From: Erysipelothrix larvae
GTDB lineage: Bacteria > Bacillota_I > Bacilli_A > Erysipelotrichales > Erysipelotrichaceae
Assembly: GCF_001545095.1 (NCBI RefSeq)
Contig: NZ_CP013213.1
Coordinates: 1,140,001-1,172,000, forward strand
Length of the DNA stretch: 32,000 nucleotides
Direction: 5' to 3'
The notes beneath the pieces were generated by a model, which saw only the letters and a program-made list of their open reading frames with translations, did no database searches and had not been told where the DNA came from. The translations under genes were made by a program, and so were the position numbers. Below are positions 8,354 to 17,797 of the stretch, one piece after another. How positions within the stretch are numbered: position 1 is the stretch's first letter; each line of letters begins with the position of its first letter.

Positions 8354-9256
8354 TTATGCGTCTCCATTTGAACTGCAAAGCATTGCTGCTCCAATTACAC
8401 CTGGTTCATCAAGCGAAGCGAGTCTAAACTCAACATCTTTCATACCAGGATGAACTAGGCCTTTAAACTTCTCAATCATTTCGTCAAAGTAGAATTCATG
8501 AGACTGTGAAACGCCACCTCCGATGACAAATACATGTGGTTCAACAACGTGTGCGATTGCAGAAAACATATATGCCATATCTTCGCACATTGTGCTGACA
8601 AGCTTAATTGCTTTTGCGTCACCATCTTGTGCTTTTAGGAAGATTGGATATGCAGATGTGATTTCAGGATCAATTAATTCACGTGCTTGACGCACAAGCG
8701 CTGTTCCTGAAGCCCAGTTTTCAACTGCCCCTGCATTTAAATGGTCAACTTTAGGACGGTTGCGATCAATAACGATGTTCGCAATTTCTCCTGCATAACC
8801 ATTGTGACCAGACACTACTTTACCACTAACAACAAGTGCGCCACCAATTCCAGTTGAGTGGGTTACATAATATACGATTTTCTTGCCACGTCCTGAACCA
8901 ACCACTGCTTCAGCAAGTCCGGCTACGTTAGCATCATTATCTAGGTATACTGGCATATTTAATTTCTTTTGAAGATAGTCAATAACAGGAAAACCTGCAA
9001 ACCCTTTAATATTAGTTGCAAGTGTTACGCAACCTCTTTCAGTGTCTACAGGCCCTGGGATACCTATGCCAACACCCAGACATTCTTTAGAAGTATTCAA
9101 AGTTTGAATCATTACAGCAATGTTGTCCAAAACAATCTCTGGACCTTGATCAGCAAGCGAAGGACGCTTGATCTCCTCAAGAATCTCTCCAGTTTCACTG
9201 ACAACTGCAACACGAACATTTGTTCCACCTAAATCAACGCCTAAGTACTTTTTCAT
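8354..9256 (-). CDS. glcK: ROK-family glucokinase
   Basis: 300 aa. N-terminal ASKHA phosphate-1 motif GVDLGGTNVRVAVV. ROK-type layout, with the GHNGYAGEI segment at the position of the ROK signature. Confidence 0.8.
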   Translation of the reverse strand: MKKYLGVDLGGTNVRVAVVSETGEILEEIKRPSLADQGPEIVLDNIAVMIQTLNTSKECLGVGIGIPGPVDTERGCVTLATNIKGFAGFPVIDYLQKKLNMPVYLDNDANVAGLAEAVVGSGRGKKIVYYVTHSTGIGGALVVSGKVVSGHNGYAGEIANIVIDRNRPKVDHLNAGAVENWASGTALVRQARELIDPEITSAYPIFLKAQDGDAKAIKLVSTMCEDMAYMFSAIAHVVEPHVFVIGGGVSQSHEFYFDEMIEKFKGLVHPGMKDVEFRLASLDEPGVIGAAMLCSSNGDA

Positions 9257-9295
9257 ATTATCTCCTTAAGTATTTATTATTTTAGTATTTAGTTT

Positions 9296-10723
9296 TTATT
9301 TTACTTCAATGATCTTCATCATGTTGGTTGAACCTTCGCCTGAAGGATATCCAGCAACAATTACAAGTTTATCTCCGGTTTGAACGCCAAATGTTTTCGC
9401 GATTGTAGTTGCGAGTTCGTCATCATTTGTCATTTTATTTTCAACTTCAGAATAAACTGGAATTACACCCCAATTGAGCATTAAGCTACGTTGAACTGCA
9501 CGGTCAAATGTTACCGCAATAACTGGCACTTTAGGACGGAATTTAGAAATACGACGTGCTGTCATTCCACTTTGTGTAAAGGCAATAATTGCAGTTACAT
9601 CCGCTAAGTTTAGAATTGTTTCACCCACTGACATACCAATCGAATCTTGGATTGTGTTGTGTGATGATTGAATTGCTTGATTTAAACGATCGCGATATGG
9701 GAAGATATCTTCCATTGCAGTAGAAATATTGTGCATTGTTTGAACTGCTTCAACTGGATATGCACCAACTGCTGATTCTCCTGATAGCATAATTGCATCG
9801 GTTCCATCAAGGACTGCATTTGCTACGTCACTCGCTTCTGCACGTGTTGGACGTGGATTTGATTGCATTGATTCGAGCATATGTGTTGCGGTAATTACTG
9901 GCTTACCAAGACGGTTAGCAACTTTGATGATTTGTTTTTGGTAAATTGGTACAAGATATGTTGCAACTTCAACACCTAAGTCTCCACGTGCAACCATCAC
10001 ACCATCAGCTACTTCAAGAATTTCTTCAATGTTATCGACACCTTCTTGATTTTCAATTTTAACGATGATTTGAATGTCTTTTTTGCCTTCATCTTCGAGT
10101 ACTGCACGAATATCTAATACATCACTTACACGACGTACAAATGACGCGGCAATATAATCGACATTGTTTTGAGCACCAAAGCGGATGTCTTTTTCATCTT
10201 TTTCTGATAAGAAAGGCATGGAAAGTTTAACGTTAGGAATATTAACCCCTTTACGTGTTTTAACAAATCCAGCATTTTCAACGCGGCAGATCAAGTCTTT
10301 TTCATCTTTGTCAATGATTGTAAGACGAATCTTACCGTCATCAATAAGGAGGTAATCCCCAACGACAACGTCGTTGTATACTTCAGGAACTTGTAAACAG
10401 AAACGTTCTTTGTTTCCTAAGTAATCAGCATCGAACCCAACTTTAACAGTATCACCTGTTGCGAATTCAATTGCATCATTTTCCATTACAGCACAGCGAA
10501 TTTCAGGACCTTTTGTGTCCAAAAGCAATGCAAGTGGTTTGCCCAATTTCTTGCTGACTTCACGAACACGTTCCATTCTCTTAAGGTGATTTTCATGAAT
10601 GTCATGTGAGAAGTTAAAACGAACAACGTTCATCCCTTCGTTTGCAAGACGTTCAATCATTTCCTCATTTTCACTCGCTGGTCCAATCGTACATACAATT
10701 TTTGTTTTCTTTAACATATCCAT
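9296..10723 (-). CDS. pyk: Pyruvate kinase
   Basis: 475 aa. KIVCTIGPAS, MNVVRFNFSHD, KIENQEGV and MVARGDLGVE motifs. Immediately downstream of pfkA, as in many Firmicutes. Confidence 0.95.
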   Translation of the reverse strand: MDMLKKTKIVCTIGPASENEEMIERLANEGMNVVRFNFSHDIHENHLKRMERVREVSKKLGKPLALLLDTKGPEIRCAVMENDAIEFATGDTVKVGFDADYLGNKERFCLQVPEVYNDVVVGDYLLIDDGKIRLTIIDKDEKDLICRVENAGFVKTRKGVNIPNVKLSMPFLSEKDEKDIRFGAQNNVDYIAASFVRRVSDVLDIRAVLEDEGKKDIQIIVKIENQEGVDNIEEILEVADGVMVARGDLGVEVATYLVPIYQKQIIKVANRLGKPVITATHMLESMQSNPRPTRAEASDVANAVLDGTDAIMLSGESAVGAYPVEAVQTMHNISTAMEDIFPYRDRLNQAIQSSHNTIQDSIGMSVGETILNLADVTAIIAFTQSGMTARRISKFRPKVPVIAVTFDRAVQRSLMLNWGVIPVYSEVENKMTNDDELATTIAKTFGVQTGDKLVIVAGYPSGEGSTNMMKIIEVK

Positions 10724-10739
10724 TAGATATTTCCTCCTA

Positions 10740-11699
10740 TTAAACTAATCGTTGATGTAATTCAAATAACTCTTTACGTGATTTCTTCGGTGTTTTTAGT
10801 GCTTCATCAATTGGAACTGCCCGGAATTGTTCATCCACAAAACACACACAAGATCCCCCTCCACCACGAATTAATTCAGAAACTGCAAAGTCACCATATT
10901 GGGTTGCAAGAATTCGGTCTCGTGCGGTTGGTGAACCGCCTCGTTGAATATGCCCCAATACTGTTGATCTTCCAGCAAAACCAGTATGCTGAGATATCTT
11001 TTGAGCTAAGAGGTCTACATCGGTTATTTTTTCTGAAATAATGACAATCGCATGACGCTTTTTCTTCTTTACTTCAAACATTTTTAACCGTTCTAAAATC
11101 TCTTGCTCATCAAATCCAGTTTCTTTTGTGATCACAACTTCAGCACCGCAAGTTATACCCGCAAACAGTGCCAAGTCACCACATCGATTTCCCATAACCT
11201 CTACTACAGAGCATCGGTGATGTGAACTTGATGTATCCCGTAGTTTATCTACGTTTTCGATGATTGTATTCAAAGCAGTGTCAAAACCAATCGTATAATC
11301 AGTAGCTGCAATATCGTTATCAATCGTTCCCGGTAAACCAATGCAATTTATACCCATATCCGTTAATGCTTTTGCACCACGGTATGAACCATCGCCACCG
11401 ATAACAATTAACCCTTCGATACCGAGTGCATTTAAGTTATCAATTGCTTTTTTTCTTACTTCTTCAAGCTTGAAATCTTCTAATCGAGCAGAACCAAGGA
11501 TGGTACCACCCTTTATGACGATATCACTTACATCACTACGCGTGAGTTTTTGGATATCGTTTTCCACAAGCCCTTTGTATCCGTTAAATACTCCATAAAC
11601 TTCTAATCCTTGGATTAGCCCGGAACGAACAACAGCACGAATTGCTGCATTCATTCCTGGTGCATCACCACCAGAAGTTAAGACACCAATTTTCTTCAT
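10740..11699 (-). CDS. pfkA: ATP-dependent 6-phosphofructokinase
   Basis: 319 aa. MKKIGVLTSGGDAPGMNAAIRAVVR, GGDGSY, PGTIDNDI and LGHIQRGG motifs. Confidence 0.95.
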   Translation of the reverse strand: MKKIGVLTSGGDAPGMNAAIRAVVRSGLIQGLEVYGVFNGYKGLVENDIQKLTRSDVSDIVIKGGTILGSARLEDFKLEEVRKKAIDNLNALGIEGLIVIGGDGSYRGAKALTDMGINCIGLPGTIDNDIAATDYTIGFDTALNTIIENVDKLRDTSSSHHRCSVVEVMGNRCGDLALFAGITCGAEVVITKETGFDEQEILERLKMFEVKKKKRHAIVIISEKITDVDLLAQKISQHTGFAGRSTVLGHIQRGGSPTARDRILATQYGDFAVSELIRGGGGSCVCFVDEQFRAVPIDEALKTPKKSRKELFELHQRLV

Positions 11700-11716
11700 A
11701 CGTCACCTCTTGAGTT

Positions 11717-11745
11717 ATCATACCATTTTTATCACATTTTGTGCA
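11717..11745 (-). promoter_or_regulatory. Candidate sigma-A promoter for pfkA-pyk(-glcK-pepS)
   Basis: Minus strand TGCACA (11745-11740), 17-nt spacer, TGg-TATGAT (extended -10; hexamer 11722-11717). SD AGAGGTGA lies before the ATG at 11699. Confidence 0.5.
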
Positions 11746-11757
11746 GATTTTTAACAT

Positions 11758-12678
11758 TTATTTATGATTTCTTCTGTTTGTTCCAACGATTTCAAAGGGA
11801 GTAGCACATGTACTTACTCTGTCTGTAAACCGTTTCGCTCGTAAAGGGTCAATATTTCCTTTAGAATCGATAGAATAAACAGATTCTAATTTTTGAATTG
11901 GATAGTTGCTTGTAAAGATCGTAAGCTTTGAATTCTCCATTCTAGAGTTCAATATTGGAAACAATACTTCATCTCTTGACCAAGGGGTAATGGGTTCAGA
12001 ACCTAGGTCATCCAAAACTAGAACATCACAATTCTTTAAGGCATTGAACATTTTTTCTTGTTCAAATTGAAGTCCAAATGTTGTTTTTATATATGTTAAT
12101 AATTCACTTGTTGTCACAAACATTACCGAACGATTTTGTTTCGCAAACTTATTTGTGATACAGGCTGCAAGATAACTTTTCCCAACACCTAAATCTCCGT
12201 AGAGATACATCCCCTTTTTTCCAAGCTCTAAGGGTTCACAAAGTGCAATGGCTTTAAGGTAATTTGGTGATTCATGCTCAATGTCAAGTGTATCAAAGGA
12301 TACTTTTTGAAGCTGTGCTGGCAAATCAAATACAATATAACGTTTAAGATACTCTAACGATTCATTCATTGATTGAAGCGCATCTGTGCGTACAAAGACT
12401 TCCATTAAGGTGTTGGTTTCGTGATCGAATACTAAATCAACATATTCTCCTAAGGTGGGATTGGCTTCCAAGAGATCTTTTGAAACAGATTCTGCTTTCT
12501 CTTTTTCACTTACCCAATCTTTAAAACGGTAGGCATTCTCCTCAACAATCTTTTGCGAAACGCGATATTGTGTTAAAAATGCTTTGACATGTTTATGTTC
12601 AAGAAGCTGTGCAATCAGTTGGTTTCGTTGGTTCTGTTGGTCTTTAGTTAATGGATATTTCAGGTTTTTGAAACTCAT
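11758..12678 (-). CDS. dnaI: Primosomal helicase loader DnaI
   Basis: 306 aa. AAA+ Walker A GDLGVGKSYL and Walker B VLVLDDLG. ATGA overlap with the upstream dnaB-type gene. Confidence 0.85.
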   Translation of the reverse strand: MSFKNLKYPLTKDQQNQRNQLIAQLLEHKHVKAFLTQYRVSQKIVEENAYRFKDWVSEKEKAESVSKDLLEANPTLGEYVDLVFDHETNTLMEVFVRTDALQSMNESLEYLKRYIVFDLPAQLQKVSFDTLDIEHESPNYLKAIALCEPLELGKKGMYLYGDLGVGKSYLAACITNKFAKQNRSVMFVTTSELLTYIKTTFGLQFEQEKMFNALKNCDVLVLDDLGSEPITPWSRDEVLFPILNSRMENSKLTIFTSNYPIQKLESVYSIDSKGNIDPLRAKRFTDRVSTCATPFEIVGTNRRNHK

Positions 12679-13847
12679 GAAGCCCCTCCTTTAGATAATT
12701 TATCTTTGAGCATTTTTCGTAGTGCATCCACATCTTCGTCAATGGAATCGTCTTTTGAATATTCAGGAACTTGATGAACAACAGTCCCCTTTGATTTTTG
12801 TGTGGATTTTGACGATGTGTTTTTAGCGGGTTGACTGATTTCTTTCAGTGCGTCACTTAAGGTTTTCACATTACGACGTTTCCAGGTCGATGCAATCTTC
12901 TCAACATAAGCACGGTTCAAATTGTCTTTGTTGATTTCAAGGACATATTCCAAGAGTGCATTGATGACAGGATTTGTGAATTCAAAGTTTTTGCTGAGTG
13001 ACTCAATAAGACGGCGATCTGCATCCACAATATACGTGTGATTTTGCTTAAATTGTAAGAAACTCACAGGATCCAATTCGTAAGGATTTTCAACTTGTTT
13101 TGGAAGTTCACGTTTTGATACCCTAAACTCTTTATCAATTGCATGAACGAGTTTCACTTCGTCAAGGGTTCGCGTTGAGAAGTTGGTTGCATTGAAGAGG
13201 ATTGATTTCATATCGGGATAGGAGATTTGATACAAGGATCCAGCTTCAGCTATAATACGTTTTAATGAATCGGTTCGAAGACTCAAGGGAAACACAGTAT
13301 CTGACATTGTAGAGAAGAATCGATCCACATCAAAATGGGGTGCAAATACCTCTGTTTGATGTTCATCAATGGTTGTCTCAAGACCTTCATCCCATACAGA
13401 TAATCGTGATGCATCGAAGGGTTTTGTGATTTCATTTCCATCAATTTTAACTTTACCATTTAAACATTCCATCGAAATTTGTTTGTAAGCATCACTCCCT
13501 CTAACAAGCGCATAGAGTCTACCAAACATTGGATGTTTAATAAATTGAGCCATGGTCAGTGGTTTTATTACGATGAGGGTCACACCATCATCACCATCGA
13601 AGGTTCTCACTAACATAAAACGTTCAAGTTCTTGTCTTTGTTGGATAAGGGTTTCACTGTTAATTTGAACGATTCCACATAATTCTTCAACCGACAAATT
13701 AGTGTGTTTACGCCCTAGCTCATACAAAGTGAGATAAAGTGATAATGCAGGAAACGCGAATACGGGTTGATATAAACGAATGAGTGCAGATAATTGATCA
13801 TTGTTAATTTCGTGTTCACAATTGCATTGATATTGAACTTTTTTCAT
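12675..13847 (-). CDS. dnaB: Replication initiation and membrane attachment protein (Bacillus-type DnaB, DnaD-like domains)
   Basis: 390 aa. C-terminal YVEKIASTWKRRNVKTLSDA resembles the DnaB_2/DnaD C-terminal motif. Located directly upstream of dnaI. Confidence 0.7.
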   Translation of the reverse strand: MKKVQYQCNCEHEINNDQLSALIRLYQPVFAFPALSLYLTLYELGRKHTNLSVEELCGIVQINSETLIQQRQELERFMLVRTFDGDDGVTLIVIKPLTMAQFIKHPMFGRLYALVRGSDAYKQISMECLNGKVKIDGNEITKPFDASRLSVWDEGLETTIDEHQTEVFAPHFDVDRFFSTMSDTVFPLSLRTDSLKRIIAEAGSLYQISYPDMKSILFNATNFSTRTLDEVKLVHAIDKEFRVSKRELPKQVENPYELDPVSFLQFKQNHTYIVDADRRLIESLSKNFEFTNPVINALLEYVLEINKDNLNRAYVEKIASTWKRRNVKTLSDALKEISQPAKNTSSKSTQKSKGTVVHQVPEYSKDDSIDEDVDALRKMLKDKLSKGGAS

Positions 13848-14428
13848 GCGCTCATCCTTTCTAACGTTTCTATAATCAGTGCTTTAAGAGCGTCTTGTGT
13901 TGCATTATTGTCAAGGATGCGATCAGCGAGTTTCAATTTGGTACTGGTTGGAATCTGACGCTGCTCACGTTTTTTTATGTCATGGTGTGTTAAACCACGA
14001 CTCAATAAGCGTTGGTAACGAATCGCATCTGTTGTATTGACAACCCAGACTTCATCAAATTGACCCTCAAGTTGTGCTTCAAAAAGCATTGAAACTTCGA
14101 AGAAAACAAGATCTTGTGGATCTGATTCATAAATGTGATTGATTTTATCCATAACTTCTGGAAATATTTTATCCTCTAACTCCATAATGTTCTCATCCGC
14201 TAAAAAGAGATGATGGGCCAATATTTTACGATTTATTGTCGCATCGTCATTGAGGAGTTCACCGCCATAGCGTGAAATAAGATAGTCATATATGGGTTCG
14301 CCTGGCTTATATAAATCATGTGCAATTAAATCTGCATCATACACTGGATAATTTAAAGATTTAAGGATACAAGAAACACTTGATTTACCCGACCCAATGG
14401 TTCCTGTGATTGCTATTTTCATCATCAT
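13844..14428 (-). CDS. coaE: Dephospho-CoA kinase
   Basis: P-loop IAITGTIGSGKS near the N-terminus. Start chosen at the ATG run 14428/14425/14422 (TAATG overlap with the mutM stop) rather than the track start 14452. Confidence 0.85.
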   Translation of the reverse strand: MMMKIAITGTIGSGKSSVSCILKSLNYPVYDADLIAHDLYKPGEPIYDYLISRYGGELLNDDATINRKILAHHLFLADENIMELEDKIFPEVMDKINHIYESDPQDLVFFEVSMLFEAQLEGQFDEVWVVNTTDAIRYQRLLSRGLTHHDIKKREQRQIPTSTKLKLADRILDNNATQDALKALIIETLERMSA

Positions 14429-15246
14429 TACACCTTTTGACACTTCGGACACCAGACAGTGGAGCGTCCATCTATTTTCCTTCCTACCATTTCAGTTTGA
14501 CATCGATGACACGGTTTCCCTTTTCGACCATAGGCATTCAAACTAATTTGAAAGCGACCACTCACATCTAAGGACGATGTATAGGAGCGAATGGTTGTAC
14601 CACCTTGTAAAATGGCATTATGCAACACAGCACGTGTGTTTAGAATAATTTTATCACATTCTCTCTTAGAAAGTGAACATGCTTGTCGTTGAGGGTTGAT
14701 TTTACATGCAAAAAGAATCTCGTCAGCATAGATATTACCAATCCCAGCGATAATCGACTGGTCTAACAGGATTGTTTTAATGCATCGTGTTCGATGTGCA
14801 TATCTCTTCAGCAAGTATGAGCTGGTTAATTGTTCATCGAAGGGTTCAAGACCTAAATGCTTCGATTCTAAATAAGCATCCAAGTCATTGGTAAGCGCAA
14901 ATCGTGAGAATTTACGCGTATCAAGATAATGAACCACGTAGTGGTGTGTTTTAAATATTAGGTGTGTATGTTTTGTAGGGGCTGGTTCACACCCTTTTTT
15001 ATAGAGATGAAACTTTCCTTCCATACGTAAGTGTACAACTAGAAAGGATGCATCATCAAATCCGAAGATTAAGTATTTACCTCTACGACTAAACAATCGA
15101 AACGTTTTAAAAATGCACGCACTCAAAGGAAGACTTGCTCCTTCTACAAGGCTGGGTACACGTAAATCCAAGGACTCAATGGTTTCATTCATCAGTGATT
15201 TTTCCAGTGTTCGAACAACAGTTTCGACCTCAGGTAATTCTGGCAT
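14428..15246 (-). CDS. mutM: Formamidopyrimidine-DNA glycosylase (Fpg/MutM)
   Basis: The canonical N-terminus MPELPEVETV begins at 15246, 1 nt past the polA stop, so the track ORF is over-extended to 15309. C-terminal zinc finger CHRCQ...CPKCQ. Confidence 0.9.
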   Translation of the reverse strand: MPELPEVETVVRTLEKSLMNETIESLDLRVPSLVEGASLPLSACIFKTFRLFSRRGKYLIFGFDDASFLVVHLRMEGKFHLYKKGCEPAPTKHTHLIFKTHHYVVHYLDTRKFSRFALTNDLDAYLESKHLGLEPFDEQLTSSYLLKRYAHRTRCIKTILLDQSIIAGIGNIYADEILFACKINPQRQACSLSKRECDKIILNTRAVLHNAILQGGTTIRSYTSSLDVSGRFQISLNAYGRKGKPCHRCQTEMVGRKIDGRSTVWCPKCQKV

Positions 15247-15247
15247 A

Positions 15248-17740
15248 TTATTCCTTCCATGTCTTTCCAGTTGAAGCAGAAACCTTGAGTGCGACTGGCC
15301 ATGATACAATGGTTTCCATAATTTCGATTAACTGCGGCATCAGTGCATCCAATTCGTCATTTTCAACATCAAAAATTAATTCATCGTGCACTTGTAGGAT
15401 TAATCGTGATTTATAGGAATCCAAAAGTGTATCCACTTTGATCATTGCCATCTTAATGATGTCTGCAGCGGTTCCTTGAACTGGCGCATTCATCGCAGCT
15501 CGTTTCCCAAATTCACGGCTGGCATAGTTTTTATCTTTAATCTCTGAAATATAACGACGGCGCTTAAAGAATGTTTCAACGAATCCATGTTCTTCACAAT
15601 ACTGAATTGTTTCAGCCATATATTCGTGAATTCTTGGATAGATTTGTTGGTGTTTCGCAAGGTAATCCCGTGCATCTTCAAAAGAGATGTCGAGTTGTTG
15701 CGATAGACCATACTCGCTCATGCCATATACAATTCCAAAGTTTACAGATTTCGCTTCACGACGTTGAAGTGAGGTAGGTGTGTCAACGTTGAATATTTCA
15801 CGTGCAGTTTCTTCATGAATGTCTCTTCCTTGTTTAAAGACTTCAATCATTTTTGTTTCGTTTGCTAAAAAGGCCAAGACACGAAGTTCAATTTGAGAGT
15901 AATCAATTTTAAGTAAGGTACAGTCTTTAGATGCTACAAATGCACCCCGAATCATCTTCCCTTCCTCATCACGTACCGAAATGTTTTGAAGGTTTGGATT
16001 TGACGATGAGAGTCTTCCTGTTTGTGTGAGGTGTTGATTGAGTGTCGTATGAATTTTTTGGTCGTCTCTTATGTGTTTGACTAAACCCACTGCATACGTT
16101 GAATACAGTTTTTGATATTTACGATATACTAGAATTAGCTGAACAATTTCATGTTCACTTGCAAGTTTTTCTAAAACATCAACAGCAGTTGAACGTTTCT
16201 TTCCTGATTTTAATCCTAAATCATCAAAAAGAACGGTTGCTAATTGTTTTGGTGAATTAATATTGAATTCCTTATGGGCATGGGCAAATATTTTCTCACT
16301 CAAATCATTTAATATGACTTCGGTTTGAGTCGCAATTGTGTCTAAAATACGTTGATCTACAGTGAATCCGTTGAATTCACATTTTGCTAATACTGATATT
16401 AATGGCTTTTCAATTGTTTCGTATACAGAGTAAACATTCATCACATCTGCGCGGCGGTAAAGATTGTCATAAACTTCGTGAATCTTATTCGCATCATTGA
16501 GTTTTTGTGATTGACTATCGAGGTTTTCGTTCCACATATTGTATGAATCTTTAAGTTTATCAAACGTTGTAATTGAACCATCTACAATGAAGGCCAAAAG
16601 AAGGACATCATCAAACATGCTTTGATGAATGGGTAGTTTTTGCTCAAGCATGTACCGATACATTGCTTTTGCATTTACAAAGATAAATTGTCGTTGGTTT
16701 GAAACCAATGCTTCTAAAAGCGGCTGAAGGTTATCTTGATTAACATACACAGCCCCTACACCATCTGATAGAGAGGCACCGATGACTGTGTCATTATCAT
16801 CGGTATCCACGACCACACTGACGCGTTTGTTTTGAAGAATGCTTTGGATATCGACATGATCAAAATTTAATTGCTGTTGATCAACGACAACGGTTTCTTT
16901 GACCAATGAGTTCATATCATATTTGCGGTAGAATGAATTAGTACTTAACGAATCAGTTTCAAACACAAAATCATGCTCTTCAATTTCAACTGGTACTTCA
17001 CAATATATAGTAGCGAGATCGTACGAAAGGTACGCTTGTTCTTTGTACTCGCGGACTTTTTCCCCGAGTTTTCCTCTAAGTAAATCTTGGTTTTGATAGA
17101 CACCATCAAGGGTATCGTATTCTTTGAGCAACTTAAGGGCGGTTTTCTCTCCTACGGATGGAATCCCAGGGATATTATCAGAAGCGTCCCCCATCATTGC
17201 TTTTAAATCAATAATTTGTGAAGGTCTTAATCCCATGGTTTCATGAAGTGTTTCGGGCGTCATTTTTTCAAGTTCGGTTAACCCTTTTTTCATTAATAAA
17301 ACATCGACATGGTTATCAACAATTTGGAGTAAATCCTTATCACTTGTTAAAATGGTGACATGATCTTCAGTATAGCGTTTCGCAAGTGTCCCAATAATAT
17401 CATCTGCTTCATAGCCATCCATTTCATATCGAAGAATCGGTAAAGCATCTAAAAATTCACGAACTAGTGCAAATTGAGACACTAAATCTTCATCGACTTC
17501 TTTACGCGTGCCTTTGTACATATCAAACCGTTTGTGTCTGAATGTTTTCTGGCCGGTATCAAATGCTACGAGGACATGGGTAGGTTTTAATAGATCAATC
17601 GCACGGTTTAACATCACTGAGAAACCATACACTGCATTAGTTACAACGCCGGAACTCGATGCCATCTTTCCCCTGTTTAATGTCCCATAATAAGCTCTAA
17701 ATAACATTGAATTTCCATCAATTAATAATATTTCTCGCAT
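15248..17740 (-). CDS. polA: DNA polymerase I
   Basis: Start at ATG 17740 (MREILLIDGNSMLFRAYY, SD GGAGA 5 nt upstream). 5'-nuclease domain. Family A polymerase motifs DYSQIELRVLA, RREAKSVNFGIVYG and QVHDEL. The central 3'-5' exo-like region has DTD in place of DTE and appears to lack the ExoII aspartate, as in other Firmicute PolA proteins. Confidence 0.95.
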   Translation of the reverse strand: MREILLIDGNSMLFRAYYGTLNRGKMASSSGVVTNAVYGFSVMLNRAIDLLKPTHVLVAFDTGQKTFRHKRFDMYKGTRKEVDEDLVSQFALVREFLDALPILRYEMDGYEADDIIGTLAKRYTEDHVTILTSDKDLLQIVDNHVDVLLMKKGLTELEKMTPETLHETMGLRPSQIIDLKAMMGDASDNIPGIPSVGEKTALKLLKEYDTLDGVYQNQDLLRGKLGEKVREYKEQAYLSYDLATIYCEVPVEIEEHDFVFETDSLSTNSFYRKYDMNSLVKETVVVDQQQLNFDHVDIQSILQNKRVSVVVDTDDNDTVIGASLSDGVGAVYVNQDNLQPLLEALVSNQRQFIFVNAKAMYRYMLEQKLPIHQSMFDDVLLLAFIVDGSITTFDKLKDSYNMWNENLDSQSQKLNDANKIHEVYDNLYRRADVMNVYSVYETIEKPLISVLAKCEFNGFTVDQRILDTIATQTEVILNDLSEKIFAHAHKEFNINSPKQLATVLFDDLGLKSGKKRSTAVDVLEKLASEHEIVQLILVYRKYQKLYSTYAVGLVKHIRDDQKIHTTLNQHLTQTGRLSSSNPNLQNISVRDEEGKMIRGAFVASKDCTLLKIDYSQIELRVLAFLANETKMIEVFKQGRDIHEETAREIFNVDTPTSLQRREAKSVNFGIVYGMSEYGLSQQLDISFEDARDYLAKHQQIYPRIHEYMAETIQYCEEHGFVETFFKRRRYISEIKDKNYASREFGKRAAMNAPVQGTAADIIKMAMIKVDTLLDSYKSRLILQVHDELIFDVENDELDALMPQLIEIMETIVSWPVALKVSASTGKTWKE

Positions 17741-17758
17741 AATGTCTCCTTTTATAAT

Positions 17759-17789
17759 AAAACCCTCAAACGTCACGCTTAAGGGTTTT
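17759..17789 (-). terminator. Candidate intrinsic terminator after the lipoprotein gene, just upstream of polA
   Basis: Minus strand AAAACCCTTAAGCG-TGA-CGTTTGAGGGTTTT forms a 14-bp stem including two G-U pairs. The U-rich 3' arm runs into ATTAT. Confidence 0.5.
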
Positions 17790-17797
17790 TGACCATG

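Noticed and set aside
8353-8394. N-terminal extension of the first aminopeptidase ORF overlapping the glcK 3' end. Similar extensions occur at 15247-15309 (mutM), 17741-17776 (polA), 21274-21321 (mreC), 23237-23251 (cinA), 24271-24279, 19883-19894 and 27977-28093 (ftsA)
   Set aside because: In each case an internal start codon is preceded by a good SD at proper spacing and matches the conserved N-terminus of the family. The extensions lack an SD or begin inside the SD itself.
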